Shown piece after piece: positions 10,305-22,996 of a stretch of DNA of 64,000 nucleotides. Numbering within the stretch: position 1 is the first letter of the stretch; each line of letters opens with the position of its first letter. The notes beneath the pieces were generated by a model. It was not told where the DNA came from, searched no databases, and saw nothing but the letters and a program-made list of their open reading frames with translations. This stretch comes from Eledone cirrhosa (Eukaryota). The stretch covers positions 21,266,001 through 21,330,000 of the forward strand of contig OZ024753.1 of assembly GCA_964016885.1 (NCBI GenBank), in the 5' to 3' direction. The position numbers were made by a program, and so were the translations under genes.

Positions 10305-10353
<49 letters not shown>

Positions 10354-10362
10354 CATACATAT
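10305..10362. repeat. (TA)n then (TACA)n microsatellite
   Basis: Seen directly. Confidence 0.95.
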
Positions 10363-10914
10363 ATTGCTTTCTAACGAAATTTTCATTTATTTTAAATTTT
10401 TGTTTTTGTTTTTATTATTTTTTTTTATTTTTCTTCTGTTTTAATTATTTGTTACTTCAACAGGTTCGCTTTCTCAACTAGCTTTCATAGAAGCAATATT
10501 GGTTTCTTCCTTATTTTCAGTTAAGTCTGAGTGTTGCTTTTATTTTTTTTCAATCATTTCCTTATTTTGAATTTATTTCTATATCTTTTTAAAATCATTT
10601 TGTTAATTTATTTTTCATTAAATAAGTCAATTTTTTTACTAAATCATTCTACAAAATCATTTTAGATTTTTTAATCAATTTTTTTCTAAAATAATTTCCC
10701 AAGTTATAATTTCGTTTATTTATTAAATCCTTTATGTTTAATCATCTTTAATTAATCAATTTTATGAAATCATGTAAAAAAAAAAATTTATATCATTTCC
10801 TTTTCCTTTTCCTTTTCCTTTCGATTTTGGGAAATTTTATTTTGGTTAATGTTTTTATGTTTTTTTTAAATCTTATTTGGAAGGTTCCGCTATTTGTGTT
10901 TTGTTTGTGGTCTG

Positions 10915-10940
10915 TACGAGGTGTGATCTCAAATATTCTA
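10915..10940 (+). mobile_element. Mariner-TIR-like motif at the satellite boundary
   Basis: TA + CGAGGTGTGATCTCAAATATT resembles TA-CGAGGNGTGNTCAAAAAGT-type mariner ends; no partner TIR in the window. Confidence 0.35.
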
Positions 10941-11000
10941 AGCATGGGCTACCTATTAACAAACCTGAGCCTGGTCTATTAAGACAGGAGTCAGTTTGAG

Positions 11001-14000
11001 ACTGGACTGTTAAGATAAGACCCAGTTTGAAACTGGGCTATTAAGACAAGACACAGTCTTAGACTGGGTTATGAAGACAAGAGACAGTCTGAGACTGGGC
11101 TATGAAGACAAGAGACATTTTGAGACTGGGCTATGAAGACAAGAGACAGTTTGATACTGGGCTATTAAGAGAAGAGACAGTTTGAGACTAGTCTATTAAG
11201 ACAAGAGAGAGTTTGAAAATGGTCTGTTAAGTCAAACGACAGTTGAGACTGGTCTGTTAAGACAAGAGACAGTTTAAGACTGGTCTATTAAGACAAGGGA
11301 CAGATTGAGACTGTTCTATTAAGACAAGAGCCGGTGTGAGAGTGGACAGTTAAGATAAGAGCCAGTTTGAGACTAGGTTATTAGGACAAGAAATAGTTTC
11401 AGACTTGTCTGTTAAGACAAGAGACTGTTTGAAACTGGTCTGTTAAGATAAAAGCCAGTTTGAGAGTGGGCTATTAAGACAAGAGACAGTTTGAGACTGG
11501 ACTATTAAGGCAAGAGACAGTTTGAGACTGGTCTATTAAGACAAGACTCAGTTTGAGACTGGGCTATAAAGACAAGAGCCAGTTTGAAACTGGTCTATTA
11601 AGACAAGAGACAGATTACGACTGGTCTGTTAAGATAAAAGACAGGTAAAGATAGGTCTATTAAGACAAGAGACAGTCTGAGACTGGGCTATTAAGACAAG
11701 AGACAGTCTGAAACTTGTCTATTAAGACAAACGACAGTGTTAAACTGGTCTATTAAGACAAGAGACAGTTTGAGACTGGTCTGTTAAGACAAGAGACAGT
11801 CTGAGACAGGTCTGTTAGGATAAGAGACAGTTTGAGACTGGGTTATTAAGACAAGAGCCAGTTTGAGACTGGACTATTAAGACAAGAGTCAGTCTGAGAC
11901 TGGTCAGATAAGATAAGAGACAGTTTGAGACTGGTCTGCTAAGACAGGAGACAGTTTGAGACTAGGCTATTGAGACAAGAGACAGTTTGAGACTGGGTTA
12001 TTAAGACAAGAGATAGTCTGACACAAGTCTGTTAAGATAAGAGACACTTTAAGACTAGTCTATTAAGTCAATATACAGATTAACACTGGTCTGTTAAGAT
12101 AAGAGACAGTTAAAGAAGGATTTATTAATACAAGAGTCAGTTTGAGACAGGGATATTAAGACAAGAGTCAGTTTGAGACTGGGATATTAAGACAAGATTC
12201 AGTTTGGGACTGGGATATTAAGACAAGAGCCAGTTGGAGACTGGCCTGTTAAGATGAGAGACAGTTTGAGAATGGGTTATTAAGACAAGAGACAGTTTGA
12301 GACTGGTCTGTTAAGACAAGAGACAGTTTCTGACTGGTCTATTAAGACATGAACCATTTTGAGACTGGTCGGTTAAAATAAGAGGAAGTTTGAGACTGGA
12401 TTATTAACGCAAGGGACAGTCTGAGACTGGGTTATTAAGACAGGGGACAGTTTGAGAGTGGCCTATTAAGACAAGAGATAGTTTGAGACTGGGTTATTAA
12501 GACAAAAGACACTTTGAGACTGGGCTATTAAGACAAGATTCAGTTTGAGACTGGGTTATTAAGACAAGAGACAGTTTGAGCCTGGTCTGTTAAGATATGA
12601 GCCAGTTTGAGACTGGGTTATTAAGCAAAGCGACAGTTTGAGACTGGTCTGTTAAGACAAGAGCCAGCTTGAGACTGGTCTGTTAAGACAAGAGACAGTT
12701 TGAGACTGGTATGTTAAGGCAAGATACAGTCTGAGACTGGGCTGTTAAGTCAAGAGACAGTCTGAGACAGGGTTATTAAGACAAGAGCCAGTTTGAGACT
12801 GGTCTCTTAAGACAAGAGCAGTTTGAGACTGTGCTATTAAGATAAGAGACAGTTTGAGACTGGGCTATTAAGATAAGAGACAGTTTGAAACTGGTCTATT
12901 AATACAGGAGACCCTCTGAGACTGGACTGTTAAGATAAGACCCAGTTTGAAACTGGGCTATTAAGACAAGACACAGTCTTAGACTGGGTTATGAAGACAA
13001 GAGACAGTCTGAGACTGGGCTATGAAGACAAGAGACATTTTGAGACTGGGCTATGAAGACAAGAGACAGTTTGATACTGGGCTATTAAGAGAAGAGACAG
13101 TTTGAGACTAGTCTATTAAGACAAGAGAGAGTTTGAAAATGGTCTGTTAAGTCAAACGACAGTTGAGACTGGTCTGTTAAGACAAGAGACAGTTTAAGAC
13201 TGGTCTATTAAGACAAGGGACAGATTGAGACTGTTCTATTAAGACAAGAGCCGGTGTGAGAGTGGACAGTTAAGATAAGAGCCAGTTTGAGACTAGGTTA
13301 TTAGGACAAGAAATAGTTTCAGACTTGTCTGTTAAGACAAGAGACTGTTTGAAACTGGTCTGTTAAGATAAAAGCCAGTTTGAGAGTGGGCTATTAAGAC
13401 AAGAGACAGTTTGAGACTGGACTATTAAGGCAAGAGACAGTTTGAGACTGGTCTATTAAGACAAGACTCAGTTTGAGACTGGGCTATAAAGACAAGAGCC
13501 AGTTTGAAACTGGTATATTAAGACAAGAGACAGATTACGACTGGTCTGTTAAGATAAGAGACAGGTAAAGATAGGTCTATTAAGACAAGAGACAGTCTGA
13601 GACTGGGCTATTAAGACAAGAGACAGTCTGAAACTTGTCTATTAAGACAAACGACAGTGTTAAACTGGTCTATTAAGACAAGAGACAGTTTGAGACTGGT
13701 CTGTTAAGACAAGAGACAGTCTGAGACAGGTCTGTTAGGATAAGAGACAGTTTGAGACTGGGTTATTAAGACAAGAGCCAGTTTGAGACTGGACTATTAA
13801 GACAAGAGTCAGTCTGAGACTGGTCAGATAAGATAAGAGACAGTTTGAGACTGGTCTGCTAAGACAGGAGACAGTTTGAGACTAGGCTATTGAGACAAGA
13901 GACAGTTTGAGACTGGGTTATTAAGACAAGAGATAGTCTGACACAAGTCTGTTAAGATAAGAGACACTTTAAGACTGGTCTATTAAGTCAATATACAGAT

Positions 14001-14840
14001 TAACACTGGTCTGTTAAGATAAGAGACAGTTAAAGAAGGATTTATTAATACAAGAGTCAGTTTGAGACAGGGATATTAAGACAAGAGTCAGTTTGAGACT
14101 GGGATATTAAGACAAGATTCAGTTTGGGACTGGGATATTAAGACAAGAGCCAGTTGGAGACTGGCCTGTTAAGATGAGAGACAGTTTGAGAATGGGTTAT
14201 TAAGACAAGAGACAGTTTGAGACTGGTCTGTTAAGACAAGAGACAGTTTCTGACTGGTCTATTAAGACATGAACCATTTTGAGACTGGTCGGTTAAAATA
14301 AGAGGAAGTTTGAGACTGGATTATTAACGCAAGGGACAGTCTGAGACTGGGTTATTAAGACAGGGGACAGTTTGAGAGTGGCCTATTAAGACAAGAGATA
14401 GTTTGAGACTGGGTTATTAAGACAAAAGACACTTTGAGACTGGGCTATTAAGACAAGATTCAGTTTGAGACTGGGTTATTAAGACAAGAGACAGTTTGAG
14501 CCTGGTCTGTTAAGATATGAGCCAGTTTGAGACTGGGTTATTAAGCAAAGCGACAGTTTGAGACTGGTCTGTTAAGACAAGAGCCAGCTTGAGACTGGTC
14601 TGTTAAGACAAGAGACAGTTTGAGACTGGTATGTTAAGGCAAGATACAGTCTGAGACTGGGCTGTTAAGTCAAGAGACAGTCTGAGACAGGGTTATTAAG
14701 ACAAGAGCCAGTTTGAGACTGGTCTCTTAAGACAAGAGCAGTTTGAGACTGTGCTATTAAGATAAGAGACAGTTTGAGACTGGGCTATTAAGATAAGAGA
14801 CAGTTTGAAACTGGTCTATTAATACAGGAGACCCTCTGAG
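11001..14840 (+). repeat. Higher-order duplication: 2 x 1920 bp (62 monomers minus 2 nt)
   Basis: 11001.. matches 12921.. line for line; three substitutions noticed (near 11595, 11638 and 12057). Confidence 0.95.
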
Positions 14841-17525
14841 ACTGGTCTGTTAAGATAAGAGACAGTTTGAGACTGGTCTGTTAAGATAAGAGACGGGTTG
14901 AGACTCTGCTATTAACACAAGAGCCAGTCTAGGACTGGGATATTCAGACAAGAGACAGTTTGAGACTGATCTAATAAGACAAGAGACAGTCTAAGACTGG
15001 GCTATTAAGCAAAGTGACAGTTTGAGACTGGGCTATTAAGAAAAGATATAGTTTGCGACTGGGTTATTAAGATAACAGACATTCTGAGACTGCTCTATAA
15101 AGACAAGACATAGTCTGAGACTGGTCTGTTAAGATAAGAGACAGTTTGAGACTGGTCCATTAAGAGAAGAGACAGTGTGCGACTGGGTTATTAAGATAAG
15201 AGACAGTTTGAAACTGGTCTATTAATACAGGAGACCCTCTGAGACTGGACTGTTAAGATAAGACCCAGTTTGAAACTGGGCTATTAAGACAAGACACAGT
15301 CTTAGACTGGGTTATGAAAACAAGAGACAGTCTGAGACTGGGCTATGAAGACAAGAGACATTTTGAGACTGGGCTATGAAGACAAGAGACAGTTTGATAC
15401 TGGGCTATTAAGAGAAGAGACAGTTTGAGACTAGTCTATTAAGACAAGAGAGAGTTTGAAAATGGTCTGTTAAGTCAAACGACAGTTGAGACTGGTCTGT
15501 TAAGACAAGAGACAGTTTAAGACTGGTCTATTAAGACAAGGGACAGATTGAGACTGTTCTATTAAGACAAGAGCCGGTGTGAGAGTGGACAGTTAAGATA
15601 AGAGCCAGTTTGAGACTAGGTTATTAGGACAAGAAATAGTTTCAGACTTGTCTGTTAAGACAAGAGACTGTTTGAAACTGGTCTGTTAAGATAAAAGCCA
15701 GTTTGAGAGTGGGCTATTAAGACAAGAGACAGTTTGAGACTGGACTATTAAGGCAAGAGACAGTTTGAGACTGGTCTATTAAGACAAGACTCAGTTTGAG
15801 ACTGGGCTATAAAGACAAGAGCCAGTTTGAAACTGGTATATTAAGACAAGAGACAGATTACGACTGGTCTGTTAAGATAAGAGACAGGTAAAGATAGGTC
15901 TATTAAGACAAGAGACAGTCTGAGACTGGGCTATTAAGACAAGAGACAGTCTGAAACTTGTCTATTAAGACAAACGACAGTGTTAAACTGGTCTATTAAG
16001 ACAAGAGACAGTTTGAGACTGGTCTGTTAAGACAAGAGACAGTCTGAGACAGGTCTGTTAGGATAAGAGACAGTTTGAGACTGGGTTATTAAGACAAGAG
16101 CCAGTTTGAGACTGGACTATTAAGACAAGAGTCAGTCTGAGACTGGTCAGATAAGATAAGAGACAGTTTGAGACTGGTCTGCTAAGACAGGAGACAGTTT
16201 GAGACTAGGCTATTGAGACAAGAGACAGTTTGAGACTGGGTTATTAAGACAAGAGATAGTCTGACACAAGTCTGTTAAGATAAGAGACACTTTAAGACTG
16301 GTCTATTAAGTCAATATACAGATTAACACTGGTCTGTTAAGATAAGAGACAGTTAAAGAAGGATTTATTAATACAAGAGTCAGTTTGAGACAGGGATATT
16401 AAGACAAGAGTCAGTTTGAGACTGGGATATTAAGACAAGATTCAGTTTGGGACTGGGATATTAAGACAAGAGCCAGTTGGAGACTGGCCTGTTAAGATGA
16501 GAGACAGTTTGAGAATGGGTTATTAAGACAAGAGACAGTTTGAGACTGGTCTGTTAAGACAAGAGACAGTTTCTGACTGGTCTATTAAGACATGAACCAT
16601 TTTGAGACTGGTCGGTTAAAATAAGAGGAAGTTTGAGACTGGATTATTAACGCAAGGGACAGTCTGAGACTGGGTTATTAAGACAGGGGACAGTTTGAGA
16701 GTGGCCTATTAAGACAAGAGATAGTTTGAGACTGGGTTATTAAGACAAAAGACACTTTGAGACTGGGCTATTAAGACAAGATTCAGTTTGAGACTGGGTT
16801 ATTAAGACAAGAGACAGTTTGAGCCTGGTCTGTTAAGATATGAGCCAGTTTGAGACTGGGTTATTAAGCAAAGCGACAGTTTGAGACTGGTCTGTTAAGA
16901 CAAGAGCCAGCTTGAGACTGGTCTGTTAAGACAAGAGACAGTTTGAGACTGGTATGTTAAGGCAAGATACAGTCTGAGACTGGGCTGTTAAGTCAAGAGA
17001 CAGTCTGAGACAGGGTTATTAAGACAAGAGCCAGTTTGAGACTGGTCTCTTAAGACAAGAGCAGTTTGAGACTGTGCTATTAAGATAAGAGACAGTTTGA
17101 GACTGGGCTATTAAGATAAGAGACAGTTTGAAACTGGTCTATTAATACAGGAGACCCTCTGAGACTGGTCTGTTAAGATAAGAGACAGTTTGAGACTGGT
17201 CTGTTAAGATAAGAGACGGGTTGAGACTCTGCTATTAACACAAGAGCCAGTCTAGGACTGGGATATTCAGACAAGAGACAGTTTGAGACTGATCTAATAA
17301 GACAAGAGACAGTCTAAGACTGGGCTATTAAGCAAAGTGACAGTTTGAGACTGGGCTATTAAGAAAAGATATAGTTTGCGACTGGGTTATTAAGATAACA
17401 GACATTCTGAGACTGCTCTATAAAGACAAGACATAGTCTGAGACTGGTCTGTTAAGATAAGAGACAGTTTGAGACTGGTCCATTAAGAGAAGAGACAGTG
17501 TGCGACTGGGTTATTAAGATAAGAG
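12880..17525 (+). repeat. Higher-order duplication with 2323-bp offset (75 monomers minus 2 nt)
   Basis: ACTGGACTGTTAAGATAAGACCCAG at 12921 and 15244; the block at 14841 recurs at 17164. Confidence 0.9.
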
Positions 17526-20500
17526 CCAGTCTGAGACTGGTCTCTTAAGATAAGAGACAGTTTGAGACCAGGTTATTAAGACAAGAGTCAGTCTGAGACT
17601 GGTCTATTAAGGTAAGAGACAGCTTGAGACTGGGCTATTAAGATAAGAGACAATTTGAGGTTGGTCTGTTAAGATAAGAGACAGTCTGAGACATGTCTGT
17701 TAAAATAAGAGACAGTATGAGACTGGTATGTTAAGATATGAGACAGTTTGAGACTGGGCTATTAAGACAAGAGACAGTTTCAGAATGGTCGTTTATGATT
17801 AGATTCAGTTTGAGACCGGGCTATTAAGATAAGGGACAGGTTGAGACTTGGCTATGAAGACAAGAGCCAGTTTGAGCCTTGTCTATTAAGACAAGAGATT
17901 GTTTGAGACAGGTCTGTTAAAATAAGAGACAGTCTGGGATTGGTCTATTAAGACAAGAACCAGCTTGAGACTGGTCTGTTAAGACAAGAGACAGATTGAG
18001 ACTGATATGTTAAGACAAGTTACAGTCTGATACTGGGCTATAAAAACAAGGGACAGTCTGCGACTAGTCTGTTAAGTCAAGTGACAGTTTGAGACTGGTC
18101 TATTAAGACAAGAGACATTTTGAAACTGGGATATTAAGACAAGAGACAGTCTGTGAGTATGCTATTAGGACAAGAGCCAGTTTGAGATTGGTCTGTTAAG
18201 GCATGACCCAGACTGAGACAGCTCTGTTAAGATAAGAGACAGTCTGAGACTGGTTTATTAAGATAAGAGCCAGTCTGAGACTGTGCTGTTAAGATAAAAG
18301 ACAGTTTGAGACCGGGTTATTAGGACAAGAGACAGTCTGGGACTGGTCTATAAACTTAAGAGAGAGTTTGAGACTGGATTATTAAGACAAGAGACAGTTT
18401 GAGACTGGGCTTTAAGACAAGAGACAGTTTGAGACTGTGCAGTTAAGAAAAGAAACAGTTTGAGACTGGGCTATTACGATAAGAGTCAGTTTGAGACTGG
18501 GTTATTCAGACAAGAGACAGTTTGAGGATGGTCTATTAAGATAAGAGAGCTTTTGACTGGTCTGATAAGATAAGAGCCAGTGTGAGACTGGGTTATTAAG
18601 ACAAGAGACAGTTTGAGACTGGGATATTAATACAAGAGACAGTCTGAGACTGTGCTATTAGGACAAGAGCCAGTTTGAGATTGGTCTGTTAAGATAGGAT
18701 ACAGTTTGAGACTGATCTGTTTGGATAAGAGTCAGTTTCAGACTGCTCTGTTAAGATAAGAGACAGGTTGAGACTGGGTTATTAAGAAAAGAGGCAGTTT
18801 GAGACTGGGCTATTAAGACAAGAGATAGTTTGCGGCTGGGTTATTAATTTAACAGACATTCTGAGACTGGTATGTTAAAACAAGAGCCAGCTTGAGACTG
18901 GTCTGTTCAGATAAGAGACAGTTTTTAGACTGGTATGTTAAGACACGATACAGTCTGAGCCTGGGCTGTTAAGACAAGAGAGAGTCTGAGACAGTGTTTT
19001 TAAGACTAGAGCCAGTTTGAGACTGGTCTGTTAAGATAAGAGCCTGTTTGAGGCTGGTCTATTAAGACAGGATACCTTCTGAGACTGGTCTGTTATGATA
19101 AGTGACAGTTTGCGTCTGGGCTATTAAGACGAGACGGTTTGCGACTGGCTTATTAACATAAGAGACAGTCTCTGACAGGTCTGTTAAGATAAGAGAGAGT
19201 CTAAGTCAGGTCTGTTAAGATAACAGACAGTATGAGACTGGTCTGTTAAGACAAGAGACAGTTTAAGACTGGTCTATTAAGACAAGGGACAGATTGAGAC
19301 TGTTCTATTAAGACAAGAGCCGGTGTGAGAGTGGACAGTTAAGATAAGAGCCAGTTTGAGACTAGGTTATTAGGACAAGAAATAGTTTCAGACTTGTCTG
19401 TTAAGACAAGAGACTGTTTGAAACTGGTCTGTTAAGATAAAAGCCAGTTTGAGAGTGGGCTATTAAGACAAGAGACAGTTTGAGACTGGACTATTAAGGC
19501 AAGAGACAGTTTGAGACTGGTCTATTAAGACAAGACTCAGTTTGAGACTGGGCTATAAAGACAAGAGCCAGTTTGAAACTGGTATATTAAGACAAGAGAC
19601 AGATTACGACTGGTCTGTTAAGATAAGAGACAGGTAAAGATAGGTCTATTAAGACAAGAGACAGTCTGAGACTGGGCTATTAAGACAAGAGACAGTCTGA
19701 AACTTGTCTATTAAGACAAACGACAGTGTTAAACTGGTCTATTAAGACAAGAGACAGTTTGAGACTGGTCTGTTAAGACAAGAGACAGTCTGAGACAGGT
19801 CTGTTAGGATAAGAGACAGTTTGAGACTGGGTTATTAAGACAAGAGCCAGTTTGAGACTGGACTATTAAGACAAGAGTCAGTCTGAGACTGGTCAGATAA
19901 GATAAGAGACAGTTTGAGACTGGTCTGCTAAGACAGGAGACAGTTTGAGACTAGGCTATTGAGACAAGAGACAGTTTGAGACTGGGTTATTAAGACAAGA
20001 GATAGTCTGACACAAGTCTGTTAAGATAAGAGACACTTTAAGACTGGTCTATTAAGTCAATATACAGATTAACACTGGTCTGTTAAGATAAGAGACAGTT
20101 AAAGAAGGATTTATTAATACAAGAGTCAGTTTGAGACAGGGATATTAAGACAAGAGTCAGTTTGAGACTGGGATATTAAGACAAGATTCAGTTTGGGACT
20201 GGGATATTAAGACAAGAGCCAGTTGGAGACTGGCCTGTTAAGATGAGAGACAGTTTGAGAATGGGTTATTAAGACAAGAGACAGTTTGAGACTGGTCTGT
20301 TAAGACAAGAGACAGTTTCTGACTGGTCTATTAAGACATGAACCATTTTGAGACTGGTCGGTTAAAATAAGAGGAAGTTTGAGACTGGATTATTAACGCA
20401 AGGGACAGTCTGAGACTGGGTTATTAAGACAGGGGACAGTTTGAGAGTGGCCTATTAAGACAAGAGATAGTTTGAGACTGGGTTATTAAGACAAAAGACA

Positions 20501-22996
20501 CTTTGAGACTGGGCTATTAAGACAAGATTCAGTTTGAGACTGGGTTATTAAGACAAGAGACAGTTTGAGCCTGGTCTGTTAAGATATGAGCCAGTTTGAG
20601 ACTGGGTTATTAAGCAAAGCGACAGTTTGAGACTGGTCTGTTAAGACAAGAGCCAGCTTGAGACTGGTCTGTTAAGACAAGAGACAGTTTGAGACTGGTA
20701 TGTTAAGGCAAGATACAGTCTGAGACTGGGCTGTTAAGTCAAGAGACAGTCTGAGACAGGGTTATTAAGACAAGAGCCAGTTTGAGACTGGTCTCTTAAG
20801 ACAAGAGCAGTTTGAGACTGTGCTATTAAGATAAGAGACAGTTTGAGACTGGGCTATTAAGATAAGAGACAGTTTGAAACTGGTCTATTAATACAGGAGA
20901 CCCTCTGAGACTGGTCTGTTAAGATAAGAGACAGTTTGAGACTGGTCTGTTAAGATAAGAGACGGGTTGAGACTCTGCTATTAACACAAGAGCCAGTCTA
21001 GGACTGGGATATTCAGACAAGAGACAGTTTGAGACTGATCTAATAAGACAAGAGACAGTCTAAGACTGGGCTATTAAGCAAAGTGACAGTTTGAGACTGG
21101 GCTATTAAGAAAAGATATAGTTTGCGACTGGGTTATTAAGATAACAGACATTCTGAGACTGCTCTATAAAGACAAGACATAGTCTGAGACTGGTCTGTTA
21201 AGATAAGAGACAGTTTGAGACTGGTCCATTAAGAGAAGAGACAGTGTGCGACTGGGTTATTAAGATAAGAGCCAGTCTGAGACTGGTCTCTTAAGATAAG
21301 AGACAGTTTGAGACCAGGTTATTAAGACAAGAGTCAGTCTGAGACTGGTCTATTAAGGTAAGAGACAGCTTGAGACTGGGCTATTAAGATAAGAGACAAT
21401 TTGAGGTTGGTCTGTTAAGATAAGAGACAGTCTGAGACATGTCTGTTAAAATAAGAGACAGTATGAGACTGGTATGTTAAGATATGAGACAGTTTGAGAC
21501 TGGGCTATTAAGACAAGAGACAGTTTCAGAATGGTCGTTTATGATTAGATTCAGTTTGAGACCGGGCTATTAAGATAAGGGACAGGTTGAGACTTGGCTA
21601 TGAAGACAAGAGCCAGTTTGAGCCTTGTCTATTAAGACAAGAGATTGTTTGAGACAGGTCTGTTAAAATAAGAGACAGTCTGGGATTGGTCTATTAAGAC
21701 AAGAACCAGCTTGAGACTGGTCTGTTAAGACAAGAGACAGATTGAGACTGATATGTTAAGACAAGTTACAGTCTGATACTGGGCTATAAAAACAAGGGAC
21801 AGTCTGCGACTAGTCTGTTAAGTCAAGTGACAGTTTGAGACTGGTCTATTAAGACAAGAGACATTTTGAAACTGGGATATTAAGACAAGAGACAGTCTGT
21901 GAGTATGCTATTAGGACAAGAGCCAGTTTGAGATTGGTCTGTTAAGGCATGACCCAGACTGAGACAGCTCTGTTAAGATAAGAGACAGTCTGAGACTGGT
22001 TTATTAAGATAAGAGCCAGTCTGAGACTGTGCTGTTAAGATAAAAGACAGTTTGAGACCGGGTTATTAGGACAAGAGACAGTCTGGGACTGGTCTATAAA
22101 CTTAAGAGAGAGTTTGAGACTGGATTATTAAGACAAGAGACAGTTTGAGACTGGGCTTTAAGACAAGAGACAGTTTGAGACTGTGCAGTTAAGAAAAGAA
22201 ACAGTTTGAGACTGGGCTATTACGATAAGAGTCAGTTTGAGACTGGGTTATTCAGACAAGAGACAGTTTGAGGATGGTCTATTAAGATAAGAGAGCTTTT
22301 GACTGGTCTGATAAGATAAGAGCCAGTGTGAGACTGGGTTATTAAGACAAGAGACAGTTTGAGACTGGGATATTAATACAAGAGACAGTCTGAGACTGTG
22401 CTATTAGGACAAGAGCCAGTTTGAGATTGGTCTGTTAAGATAGGATACAGTTTGAGACTGATCTGTTTGGATAAGAGTCAGTTTCAGACTGCTCTGTTAA
22501 GATAAGAGACAGGTTGAGACTGGGTTATTAAGAAAAGAGGCAGTTTGAGACTGGGCTATTAAGACAAGAGATAGTTTGCGGCTGGGTTATTAATTTAACA
22601 GACATTCTGAGACTGGTATGTTAAAACAAGAGCCAGCTTGAGACTGGTCTGTTCAGATAAGAGACAGTTTTTAGACTGGTATGTTAAGACACGATACAGT
22701 CTGAGCCTGGGCTGTTAAGACAAGAGAGAGTCTGAGACAGTGTTTTTAAGACTAGAGCCAGTTTGAGACTGGTCTGTTAAGATAAGAGCCTGTTTGAGGC
22801 TGGTCTATTAAGACAGGATACCTTCTGAGACTGGTCTGTTATGATAAGTGACAGTTTGCGTCTGGGCTATTAAGACGAGACGGTTTGCGACTGGCTTATT
22901 AACATAAGAGACAGTCTCTGACAGGTCTGTTAAGATAAGAGAGAGTCTAAGTCAGGTCTGTTAAGATAACAGACAGTATGAGACTGGTCTGTTAAG
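15490..22996 (+). repeat. Higher-order tandem duplication with 3746-bp offset
   Basis: GGACAGATTG at 15541/19287; AAGAGCCAGTCTGAGACTGGTCTC at 17521/21267. Confidence 0.9.

Larger units (their letters stand above)
8870..10305 (-). mobile_element. Penelope-like element remnant (RT apparently deleted; GIY-YIG and pLTR-like 3' region retained)
   Basis: Contains the GIY-YIG pseudogene and a downstream hammerhead-like motif, with (TA)n on both sides. Boundaries are approximate. Confidence 0.65.

Noticed and set aside
10370-10910. Coding or promoter function for the AT-rich segment before the array
   Set aside because: Low-complexity T-rich sequence; the short ORFs have no recognisable motifs.
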